Positions 52,601 to 64,000 of a stretch of DNA of 64,000 bases are shown here, piece after piece. The stretch lies in contig JAQGDQ010000132.1 of NCBI GenBank assembly GCA_030141605.1, positions 252,433-316,432 of the forward strand, written 5' to 3'. Within the stretch, counting starts at the first letter, position 1; every line of letters begins with the position of its first letter. This DNA comes from Tubiluchus corallicola. Its lineage: Eukaryota > Animalia > Priapulida. Below the pieces are notes generated by a model. The model saw nothing but the letters and a program-made list of their open reading frames with translations. It was not told where the DNA came from and did not search any database. The translations under genes were made by a program, and so were the position numbers.

Positions 52601-55600
52601 GCCAGTTAATGTGATTACGATATACGTGGTTAAATCAATATATTATTTTTGAAATTTGAAAAACAGTCGTTCGGCTAGTCAGAAAACATTCTCGAACTGA
52701 CAAGAAAAGAACGATGTCCAGAAAAATTCACACTTTCGTGTGGGAAACTGTAAAAGCATTTAAATTTACATTTCGGTGTTTGAAAATCTTTTGTATTTCT
52801 GAGACCAAGAACTAGTTTATGTGAATAAGTAATCGTCTTTCTTTCATTTCGCTAGAAGATGTAGTGGTCTAAGAGGTTTATGAAATTAAAACACCACAAA
52901 CAAATGCAACGGAGAATCACCTGTCCCATTAACACACAATAAACAATAGTTACGGAGAATCACCTGCACCGTTAACACATAACAAACAATAGTAACGAGA
53001 ATCACCTGTACCATTATCACACAACAAGTAATAGTAAAGAGAATCACCTGTACCATTAACACACAACAAGTACTAGTAGGAAGAATGACTTGTACCATTA
53101 ACACACCACAAGCAACAGTGGTCAAAATCAATTGCACACTAAACGCACTACAAGTAGTCATGTACAACAACACGAAACGTTAACGTCATCTAATACACTA
53201 CAAGTAGTCGCTGAAAAGTCGTCGAGAATGCCCGAAGATCTAACTCGCAGCAGTAGTAGTAATTTGAGACACTTGCACAATTAAATGGATTTAAACACCA
53301 ACCTAGAAAGAAGTAAGTGTTGCACCATGGATTTTTTGCTCCCCAGAGGCAGAGAAACTTAATGATTTACAATAGAATAGAATAGAATGGATGGAATAGA
53401 ATAGAATAGAATAGAATAGAATAGAATAGAATAGAATAGAATAGAATAGAATAGAATAGAATAGAATAGAATAGAATAGAATAGAATAGAATAGAATGCA
53501 ATGCAATGCAATGCAATGCAATGCAATGCAATACAATACAATACAATACAATACAATACAATACAATACAATACAATACAATACAATACAATACAATACA
53601 ATACAATATAACAATATAACACAACACAATACAATAGAATACATTACAATACAGTATAATACTATACAGTGCCGTACAATACAGTACAATACAATACAGT
53701 ATAATACAACACGACACGACACGACACGATATGATACGATACGATACAATACGATACAATACAACACAACACAACAGAACAAAACAGAACAGAACAGAAC
53801 AGAACAGAGTAGAAATTTATTATTACTTCGATACATAAGAACATAGTGTTATTTTCATTATATTTCAGGTGTAGTTACTGGTTATTGAAGTACATGTATT
53901 CCGTCGTAGGTCAAGTGTTAGCAGAATAAAATGATATTATAAATAAAAAAACTATCAAGAACTTAAGCAATTAAGACATTACAAAATAAACGCAACTTAT
54001 TAAAATTTATCCATAATGAAACACAGTCGTAAATTTGTAAAAGAGATGCCCGCAACTAAATAGCTGAAGCACTGCAAACATTCTGGTAAAATAATTTTAT
54101 TACAGAACTTCGCTTTCTCGTTACACAGATCTAAAATTGTAAAGTGTTCAACGTTAGATCTTTTCTAAGAAACCTTGTTAAATTTAATTTACGAATGTAC
54201 TATCGTTTTAATGGCCACAGTTTTTATTTTTTCAGTTCTCCGTAAGTGCTTTCACCTGGTGAATTTTTTTCATTCGATAGACGATTTTTCGTTCGTGTTT
54301 TGGTCATGCACTACAAATGCACGTATGGATCTAATATGATGCTGATTTATTTGCTATTTCGGTTGGCCTTTTTCGGTGATACCTTTTTTAATTTGGCGGC
54401 ATTGATTTTGGTCCCAAAATTTCTACAGAAATATTTTCCAGATTGTTACAATATGCAGAAATTCCATTTAGAGGTACGTATGATCACAGCACAGGCTGGT
54501 ATTATTACCACTAAAGAAAAACCTGGATTTTTTTTAAGTTTTGTATTTGTATCAAAGGCTTCTGAGAAGTTTCATACTGCAGTTGGCCAGATTCTTGCGT
54601 AGCCCGTCGCTCAGCAGTAAAAAAAACATGTAACTCGAAGAACGGATGTGTTGAAATTTCTTGACAGGCAATTAGTAAACACTTAGAAGATCACGAAATT
54701 CTTAGCAATGGAGGGCAGCTGCACGTAGAGGAAAGAGGAAGCCCTGTCCGAAGTCTGAAGTCTGAAGTCCTGTCCACTTCCCACTATTTCGAGATGTGTG
54801 GACTTATGTATATGTTATATTATGTTGTTATGTTATGTAATGTTATGTTACATATTTTATATGTGTGTGCGTGTGTGTGTGTGTGTATTTAATATTTATG
54901 AATACTAAAATATTTACATATATACGTACGTATGTATTCAGACAAATCATACAAAACGTAAAAAATACAATACACAGAATCATAAAACTCAATAAAAGTT
55001 ACATATTTAAAAAGATAAAGATGCTGATCTCTCAGGACAAAGCACAGTTTGTACCAATTCGTCCATATAATTGTGATATGACGAGTAGGCATCTCATTAG
55101 GTAGTTCTATCAGCCCATATGTAAAGGATCCTATTATTTTTCTTGTAATGACATCATAGTTAGGAATACATATATAAATAATAATAAATATATATTTACA
55201 TACTAATAAATATATAAGTTGTGGCAAAAAAATAAAAATTGGTAGTTGTGGCAAAAATAGCAAAATGTGGTGAGTAATTTATTTCTTTTTCTAATATGTA
55301 TGAAGTCTGCAGATCTAATAAATTCATTCAACTTTCAGGTGCATTCTTTGTACCGTACCTGATCATGTACGTCCTGGGCGGACTACCTCTATTTTATTTA
55401 GAACTGGCCCTTGGTCAATACCAGCGCTGCGGCTGTATATCAGTGTGGGACAAAGTATGTCCCATTCTCAAAGGTACGTATGAAACGTTTTTAACTGTTC
55501 AGAATGTTTAATGTGCATCTAAGCGTATCATTAAAAGTCGTATTTGACGAAATGGGTGCTCCTGTATCGGTGAAATTTCTTTACACGTATTTTGCTTCAA

Positions 55601-58600
55601 TAAAATTGCAAGTCTTGCTAGAAGCTACTGATGATGAGACGAAAAAAGTTTATTGGTCAATTATTTTTACGTAAAACAATCAAAGTCAAAATATCCATAG
55701 CTCGGTGTTATATTTTCAATCAGGTATTAACGTGTTCTGATGTTTCTTCAACTTATTTTACAGTTGTCTTCTTGTTATTTTTTATACAAACGCCCATCTA
55801 TGGTCATTGGTCACTCAAGGTAACAGATTACAGTAAAAAGTCGAAAAAATACCTATCCAGAGAGAAGATGCATGTAATAATATGTATGTTGAATTGTTGA
55901 TATTCCTCTTAAACGTTTGCTCAGGACACGTTTCCTTTCTGTGCTACATTACACAGACTTATTAAAAGTGACACGCGACTTTCTCTTTCTGATGATCAAC
56001 TAAAAACGGTAAACCTTTTGTCGGCAACACGAGTCACATAACTACATATTACAGAAAAACCACTAAGATGCGCGCATCTAACATAACTTATGCAGGCCCT
56101 GTAAACAGGTGGCCTTGGGTTCGAGTCCCACTTCTGGTGAAAATTTGTCAAAACTTTCTAATTTAGCATTGTTTTCGTGCGTTAAATGATCACATAAGTC
56201 AGTTCGTTTGAAAATAGTGGTTCTTCTTAATTGCATGTGTTATTTCTTCACTGCTTGGCTTTCCCTACCAATCATTACAAACAAAGGTCAAGAATTCGAT
56301 TTCTGAATAAATTCATCGTTTTATGCTCATATATAGGCATCGGATATGGTATTGCAGTTATAGCTAGCTTCATGGCGTTCTACTATAACACAATCATAGC
56401 TTGGGCCATGTACTACCTGTTCGTCTCTTTTCAACGGCAACTTCCTTGGAGGAACTGTAAAAACTGGTGGAACACGGATAACTGCAAAGAATCGAATTTC
56501 ACTGAAAACTCTACAAGTGCAGCTTCAGAGTTTTTTCAGTAGGTAACAGTTATAATGGGTCTCATGTATTATTATCAGTTTGATTACACTGACATGATTT
56601 TCTGGGATAATTTCTAGAATTATGTCACGTTTCTCTAATTAAGGTATGAAAAAGACGTAATTACGATCACATTTTTACAATAAACACATTTTTATACTTT
56701 TTACTTATTAAAGGAAAGGCCAATCTTTCTTTGAAGGTAAGCTTATTTCAATGTTCGGGAGACATGTAAGAATGATTTACTAATAAAAGCGCTATAAGCG
56801 CCTCGCGTAACTAGTAAAATGACTTTAAAGTTGCGATCTTTTCACGCTTAGGCGTTCCCATTTCAAACGCCCATTTTCCACCAGTTGTGTGGCCGAGTGG
56901 TTTAGATTTCGGACTGCAACCACGCACCCTTGAGTTTGAGACTAGCGAGTGCCAACGCCAGGACATATACCCTACACGTTATTTGTTATTTGTGTGTTGC
57001 GTCCTTACCTGTTAGTGCCAATGTTGTCAGTTAAATGAGCGACGGTAAATAAATGTGGCCTTTGTCATTCATCGACTGAAGAAAAACAGCGCACTGTCGA
57101 TTTTCGTCAAAAGCGTAACAAGTTTTTACAAAGAATTAGATAGTTAATTCTGTGACACTTTTGCATGAATGTTTGGTGAGCTGCAGAAATTCCAATTAGT
57201 TTTAAGTAGCGCGCGCTTACGGACAGTCACTATGCGCTTCGGTAAAAAAGTAATAGTAATCCGTAATCGGTAAAAGTAAAAGTCCCATCAGTTATGTCAT
57301 AATTTTCAAGTGAATGGCAACTACCACTGAGCCTGAAAATTGCTACACAGTGGATGTATAAATTAGCTTTATGCTTTGTAAATAATTTTTGCAAATTTCT
57401 TTGTTATATATTTCTAAATTTGTGTGATAACAATAAAATAAATCAAACATAAACCCATAAATGCAAAAGGATGCGATTCATAGTGTTTTTTCTTAATGGG
57501 AATGAAGTCATGACTCGCTCATGACGTCTTCTTTACAAGCCCTGTTGATTTTTTTATTTCTGGCAAAAAGAAGCTGCAAGAATTAAAAAAAAACATGTTA
57601 AATGAAAATATTATAATGATTAAAGTAATAAAAACATGTTTATAGCTAGTTGTTAGCTTTTAAGTATAGCGTTTCCCGACATTCTATAGAGATTTTGTTA
57701 ATATTTTTAATTTTAACACGATGTAATTGCAAATGGAAATTTAGTGTCTGTAGTACTCCAACTCAGAACGTAGCCAATGCAGTCGGACCACTCACTGTAA
57801 AAGAAACATGCGGGTTTTAGTTAAATTATCGTTAAATAAAGTTTCGTCTTGGCAGCGACATTACCCAGAGTCTGGCGATGTCTTGGGACAAAGTTCGCTA
57901 GTAGTGGGTAGGAAGTTTCCTACCTCTGCTGGTGCAGTGGCTCACCTTAGAGCCATAACTTTGATAATGACTCAGGTCCCGGTCTTGGCATGCGAACTGA
58001 ACGGACCGGGTTGCTGTATGATGAATTCTGGCTTTCAGGATTCCGTGTGGTTTAAAAAATAGTTTATTGGTCTTTTATGTTGAAAATGTGCTGAAAATGT
58101 ACTTAACCATAAATGTTTATTCCTGGCGGGGAAGTTTGACGTCACAAATTATAGCCAAATTAAAAACCTACAAGATTTTTATGCAATAAAGTTTAAAGAA
58201 AGATCATTTTTGTCATTTTTACACGATTCAATAAGTAGTTATTGCTTAACGATTATATTTCCAAAAAGCAAAGTACTATACTGTACCAGGGTACAAGATA
58301 TATTTAGATATTTATTGGTGTCAAAATACACACAATACAAGAAAAAACAAGACATACATACAATTTCAATTCTGAAATATAATGACACTATATACAAACA
58401 AAACAAATATTATTAAATCTTCCTGTTAGTTATATTAGTTATTTAAATGAAAAGTTTAAATGATTAGTATTTGAAATAAATTGTCATTCGTTAGGCCTCA
58501 TTTTCAATGATATGATATATATAGTATATTGTTCATCATGTCTTAAAAACGCTTTTTGAAGATAATCAACAAATACCTTAATTACTTATAAATCATTACT

Positions 58601-61600
58601 TCCCATCAGGAATAAAAATTTATCAGCATCACTCACAGGAAAATTCTGGTATAATCACATTAATGTTCCTGTAAAAGCATTGTATTGTGAGCATTTTGTA
58701 CAAAAGTGTAATTCGTCTTCGATTTCATTTCCAAAACAGTATGGGCATATACGATTCACAGCTGGGATTTTTCTATGTTTAGCGTACCTCCCTCTTTCAA
58801 TACGTAAAGTATGAGAGCTGATTCTCAGTTTTGTAAATTTTGTTATAGCATATCTGGAGTAATCAGAAAGTAAATAGTTTTCTAGTTGATAAAGTATTTT
58901 GAAGGTTCGATACGTTCGCAGTAGGATTTCTTCTTTCCAAAAAAGGGTATAATCAGTTTTTGTTTCTTCTTCTAATTTATTAAGTAGTTGCTTAGATGAA
59001 AACGTTGTCTGGTTAATCGAAACTTGTTCAAAGCCATATACACATAATATATACTATATATACACATAACAAAAGTAGTCCAACTTAAATAGTTCTCAGC
59101 TAAGTTTCGGTTTTCGTTATAAGGTTGGAATACATAACTATCATAAAGTTGGCTAATAACATGTACCCAGTAGCGGATTATATCCTTAATTATTTTAATA
59201 AAAATTGGGAAACGGCTCAGTTCAGCCTTAGTCGCATATTTGCTTGATTTGTTATTGACATTCAAAAGAAATCTGCATAATTTTAATATTGGCCTCTTCG
59301 CTTGACACATTGTCAAATTTAGTTTGAATATGCGGGGAATTAGTTTTAATTTTAATAATGCTAGGTCTTCATACAGAAGCCCCTTATAGCATGTTAGGTT
59401 CTACAGCATGTTCAAGTAATTTGGTAATAGTAGGTGGGTTTGCGCAGTGTGAGATGTACTTTTTCATGCAGTAAAAAGCTTTTAAGCCTTTGTCTTCTAG
59501 TTTGGTACAGCTTTGCCTGAAAGCACCAGACGCAAAGAATTCGATCCCTAAGTATTTATCAGCGTATCAGATCCATAGGTAAAGTTTAAGTATTTTAGAA
59601 TTCTGTCTTTAGATTGTTAAAAACAATAATTTCTGTCCTTTTTAGTGTTAACTTTCAGATGTAAGATAAGATATAAGAACAATTTATTTCACACGTGCAA
59701 ATAAAAAAAGTATAATGTACACCTCTGACAATAATAGTTGCTTAAGTGTGAGGATAGCTTCATGACTACAAGCAGTATCGAGGAAGCTTCTCTAAGGTGC
59801 ATGAATTATAACAGTTAAGCATGATATCATATGTTATACAAAATTACAATTATTAACGATATTTAAGTATATAATTGAATGTAATGGAATTAAAGAAAGA
59901 GAAGAAAAAAGAAAATTAAAATTAAATTATCTCCAAAGCTATAGTAATGAATGTATCTTATAATACAAAAAAGAAAGAAAAAATATTACAAATTATGCCT
60001 GTTAGAAATATCTAATGCAAACGGAAATAGAATGATAAAAAGAAAATTCAAATTAAATTACTTTCGTTTTTGTAATGAACTTGCCAGATGAATATCATAA
60101 TTATGCCAGACATAACATGGAAGGGTAATAATAAGTCAGCTAGCCACAGTTTGATTAGAAAGAAATACCTTTATATATAATCATGAATGCATATGTGGGA
60201 ACTTATTAGTAAATGAGAAGTTTAAAATAGTACAAACTTGGACACATCTTTAGCTCCATTTGCTCTGAAGTGCCAGAACGCACGTTCGAGTAGAACAGTA
60301 AAAATTTGTTTTATTTGTAAGCACTTGTCTTTTTTGGGCCATATATCTGGGCTTGGACAGTCTGTAGTTAGTGCAAGCTCTATACGAAGAGGGTTCAGCC
60401 AGAAAACATCAGCCCAAAAGCGAAAACGACTCATCTTTTATGTAGAATTTTCTCTTATTTTTGTAAAAAAAACGAAGAACTGCAACTTTAAGATTTATTC
60501 AGTTTTTATTAATTAGATTATGACTGTGAAATAAGGAGCTTTATTTACAATTTTTGCAAAATCTATTGGTTAAAATTAATACTGGTATAACACAATTTCT
60601 ACAAAGATTATTCAAAGACTTAATTCAAAGTTTTAGTTCCAAATAAAACTAAAAAGATCAGTTTTAAAAACGCCTTGGACAGCCCGCCATTTTTTCATAA
60701 GCTTCTACCTTGCAAAAATTCTCTTGAAGGTCTTGGCCATTGTGTAAAACACTTAGTTCAACTCTAAGCGCTTTTTCTAAAGGATAGTCTACACTAACTG
60801 TTTGTTCACCTGACCATAAACGCACAAAAATTCTGCCGAATATCTAGCTAGCCTCCATCATATACAGCTTTAGTTATTGATTTTTCATTGATTTTATCAA
60901 TGATTGGTCATTGATAAGAGTTGAACATACTTCATGTATGAAGCACCGGTCATGAGATGTTTGAGCAAAAATAGGAAACAGTCACCGAAATCACAAATAA
61001 CTAAATAAGTCTTATTTCCTTTTAGGAATGGGCATAGCTGTCTAGCAACTTATTTTCTCCATCTTTCTATGGGAGCTGAGTGTATTTATGCTAATGTTCT
61101 TTGTATATTTATCTATTTGCAGAAGGCGAGTTCTTCAAATAAACGAATCCCAGGGCCTAGAGGACCTCGGACCCGTGAAGTGGGAAATTGCTCTCTGTTT
61201 ACTTGCTGTATTTATTATCGTGTATTTTGCCTTGTGGAAAGGAATAAAAACCTCTGGGAAGGTACTATTATCAATGCATCTTGAAACAACACCAGCTTGT
61301 AGCACTTCTCGCTTGTAGGTGCAGCTTCACGTCATCAAAGCGTTGAATTTGTCATTTAATCAGTAGAAACTTTGGCACACACCTTCGTTATTAAGGATCT
61401 TTGTTACCAAAATCGATTTATTAATCACATTTATGAAATAGAGAAGGTGTTGCTAAAGTTCTGCTTTTGCATCACGTGACCACCGAAGGCTGTATTATCT
61501 CTCTATTACAAAACAAAATAATAATTGTTGAAGAATGTTGAAATGAACAACATTGTATTGTATCACCTTTATGTTGAATCTCTGTGCTCAGAGTTTTACG

Positions 61601-61636
61601 AACTTCTTAGAAATTGGTCGTTTGATATTACGTGAC

Positions 61637-61705
<69 letters not shown>

Positions 61706-63506
61706 ATGAATCACACGTCCAGTGACATGATTCTGCTCACGTCCCTATGCCAGGACTCCCTGCTCGCCGCAATGCCACAAGTACATTTATTTCTAAGGAT
61801 CAATGCTGAAGTGTTTAAAACTTTCTGTGCAAAATCTAAATATGTTTACAATGTCTTCATGTGACAATGACATCACGTGGCAATGACTTCACATGACAAT
61901 GACATCACGTGACAATGTCTTCATGTCACAGTACATTTACGTGATTTTGGCTTCACGTGACAGTCGCTTCACATAGGAAAATCTTGATGCAAAACTAACC
62001 TAAGCAGGTTTATATTTTCTATTTATATTTATTTATACTTATATTTTTCCATTCGTCATAACTGGCACCCCCCCGTCGTGTTTGAACTGAACACACGAAG
62101 CAACTATCGAACCAAACAAATGCACCTCTGTTTTTTCTGAAGAAATCAAATTGCGTTTACACGGGAACTACACTTCTGTGCATCGAAGTGTTTGCTCGGA
62201 CATCTAATAAATCCATCCAGGTTGACTTGAGATATCATACCTGTACAGGTTTCAATAGCCACACGCACTGGCATATTTGCAGTGCAATTACGATACAGGA
62301 ATTTCTGATTAGCTACCGGAAAATCCACTTTGGCGGGCGAGTTTAGCTCAAATTAGGAGATTTCGGCAAATATTTGAACTAAAGGTATACGCGAGTGATA
62401 GACGATATCGTTTCAAATATGTTTATCTAACAATAAAGTGTGGGGGTGATTCAAGTGATGTAGCCTTATAGCCGAACAGTTTAAATCACCCTGTTAGTTT
62501 GTCATACGTCTTAGATAAGTTTATTTAACAAATTAACATTAAAAGTTGGGTGTCATAATATGGTTTATAATTTAATATTAGTTTCACATGAAAAATATCC
62601 ATCTTGTCGGAACACAAGCGTTGAGCTAATAGGCTTTATATAATATTATGATTTATTTGCTAGCAAATTTTGTCCTGTTTTCATGCACAGTTTTACATAA
62701 AACGTAATAATGTCGTTTTCTATAATAATCTGCAAATTTGGCTGTAACCTGAGTGTGGTTCTGCCTATGTTATTTCTGACGATGGCTTGAGAATAAAGAG
62801 TCCGAAACGTTTAAAGAGGAAGAAAGGGAAATTTGAAGGGATATCCGAAAACCTTTCCACAGCATTACGCTTACTTATTTGAAATTATTATGTAACTGGA
62901 AAAGAAAATTCTTAGTAATTTAAAACATTCGTGCCACCTCCCAAAATCTCGCTGAATCACCTTCTCAGTGTCCACTGTTGACTCACCAAGACGTATTTTT
63001 AAGCTTACTGACAAGATAAAGTCATTTATACTTTTGCTTAGTTAGTGAAGAGTGTACCACGAATGTTCTAATTCTTTTTTCAAACTTTCTGCCATGTAAT
63101 CTAAACTTATTTCAGACGACTTACCGTCAAAAGAGTTTTTTTACAGCGTTACTGTTTGCGCAAACTCTGCATGCAGTAAGACAGCATGTAAGTGCTATAG
63201 ACATATAGGATTTTTTAAGCTTTATTTATGAAGGGTATTTTCTTGTGCTTTAGGCATGAGTACTTACTTTTTTGTTTGCGTGCTTTTTATGGTTTATCTA
63301 GTTAAGTCATACCCTCTCTTTTTGGAATTGGCCTATCAGTAATATCATATATTTTGCTTATCTGTGTGCAGGCAGTTTGGTTCACCGCCACTGCACCGTA
63401 TGTTATTCTCTTCATCCTTCTCATTCGAGGTGTCACACTGGAAGGATCAGGAAAAGGTATACTCTATTACATCACACCTCAGTGGAAGAGGCTGAAAGAC
63501 TCTCAG
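49636..63506 (+). CDS. SLC6A4: Sodium-dependent serotonin transporter (SLC6), 5' part; continues beyond the window
   Basis: Exons 49636-49867, 55339-55473, 56337-56538, 61123-61261 and 63372-63506 give 843 nt = 281 aa. TM1 reads [43 protein letters not shown], with the monoamine-binding Asp and the SERT-type 'DLGN..FPYICY' rather than DAT/NET 'DLAN..FPYLCY'. Also present: the EL2 Cys pair and [20 protein letters not shown]. Confidence 0.9.
50429..51368. repeat. 44/48-bp minisatellite, 21 monomers, higher-order repeat
   Basis: The consensus is atagtgctaacttaacagcacttaataaagaacgtgtactaaat. Variant monomers recur in a fixed order. Confidence 0.95.
52890..53165. repeat. Degenerate ~42-bp minisatellite
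   Basis: The unit ~gagaatcacctgtaccattaacacacaacaagtaatagtaa occurs about 6 times. Confidence 0.85.
53371..53810. repeat. Compound pentanucleotide microsatellite
   Basis: (AATAG)n, then (AATGC)n, then (AATAC)n, then (ACACG)/(ATACG)/(ACACA), then (AGAAC)n. Confidence 0.97.
56880..57110 (+). mobile_element. tRNA-derived SINE-like element
   Basis: tggccgagtggtttag (A box)...gagtttgagact (B box). The downstream body ends near gactgaagaaaaacagcgcactgtcga. Confidence 0.5.
58420..59660 (-). mobile_element. LINE (L2/CR1-group) ORF2 3' fragment, frameshifted
   Basis: The minus strand gives KYLGIEF..., then KAELSRFPI..., then [16 protein letters not shown]...[21 protein letters not shown] (a CCHC finger). 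Confidence 0.85.
61640..61702. repeat. (CAT)n microsatellite
   Basis: About 21 perfect CAT units. Confidence 0.97.
61835..61975. repeat. Degenerate 16-bp tandem repeat
   Basis: The unit ~gtgacaatgacatcac is repeated about 8 times. Confidence 0.75.
62770..62818 (+). ncRNA. Minimal hammerhead-ribozyme-like motif (Penelope-type), possibly degenerate
   Basis: CTGACGA-[tggctt...gagtcc]-GAAACGTT, with palindromic AACGTT in the helix III position. Confidence 0.4.
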
Positions 63507-63799
63507 GTAAAATACACGTATAGTATACTATTGGAAAGCAAAAACATGTGCATCATTTCAGAAAGTGTCCTGATTTAAAAATGTAAAGCCAAAATTGAAG
63601 CAATTTGTTTTACAAATGTCATGCGTGTTGATCGCTTGACATTCCAAATAAATAAACAATCATCATGACGCGGTAGTGTAGAGATATGAAACAAAGCCAA
63701 GACGTCTCAATTTTATTGATAAAGTAAGCAGCAAGTAATATAATCAAAACATATAAAATAATTCTTCTTTCTTTTTCCTTTGCTTTTTGCTTTCTAGCT

Positions 63800-64000
<201 letters not shown>

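Noticed and set aside
53303-53846. Several 90-177 aa ORFs (YCIVL, FYSIL and QYNTI repeats)
   Set aside because: These are translations of the pentanucleotide microsatellite.
61553-61864. Poly-His ORF
   Set aside because: It is a (CAT)n microsatellite within a SERT intron, with no coding context.
49636-63506. Dopamine or norepinephrine transporter assignment
   Set aside because: TM1 has DLGN and FPYICY (SERT type) rather than DLAN and FPYLCY.

Overview
This is AT-rich, intron-containing animal genomic DNA, probably from a bilaterian invertebrate (inferred from a serotonin transporter gene and CTCF-like sites). It is not prokaryotic. By splicing exons manually I reconstructed the following genes. 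(1) The last two coding exons of an unidentified + strand gene (940-3809). (2) UBE2M/Ubc12, the NEDD8 E2 enzyme (-, 5 exons, 182 aa). (3) EIF3M (-, 9 exons, 376 aa), arranged head-to-head with (4) cytosolic cysteinyl-tRNA synthetase CARS1 (+, 18 exons, 754 aa, GC-AG first intron, KMAKS instead of KMSKS). (5) FGFR1OP2/SIKE (-, 3 coding exons, 234 aa). (6) The first five coding exons of a SERT/SLC6A4 serotonin transporter (+, runs off the window end). Introns and intergenic DNA hold decayed LINEs (L2/CR1-group, RTE, Penelope-like), tRNA-derived SINE heads, hAT-type MITEs, microsatellites and minisatellites. The most notable items are hammerhead-ribozyme-like cores (one inside a long inverted repeat), a palindromic 44/48-bp minisatellite with higher-order structure in the SERT intron matching the human STin2 VNTR intron, a candidate intronic C/D-box RNA in EIF3M, and mirror-image donor-like motifs in the EIF3M/CARS1 bidirectional promoter. 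I found no clearly new multi-gene system. Most ORFs in the supplied track are spurious or partial exons.
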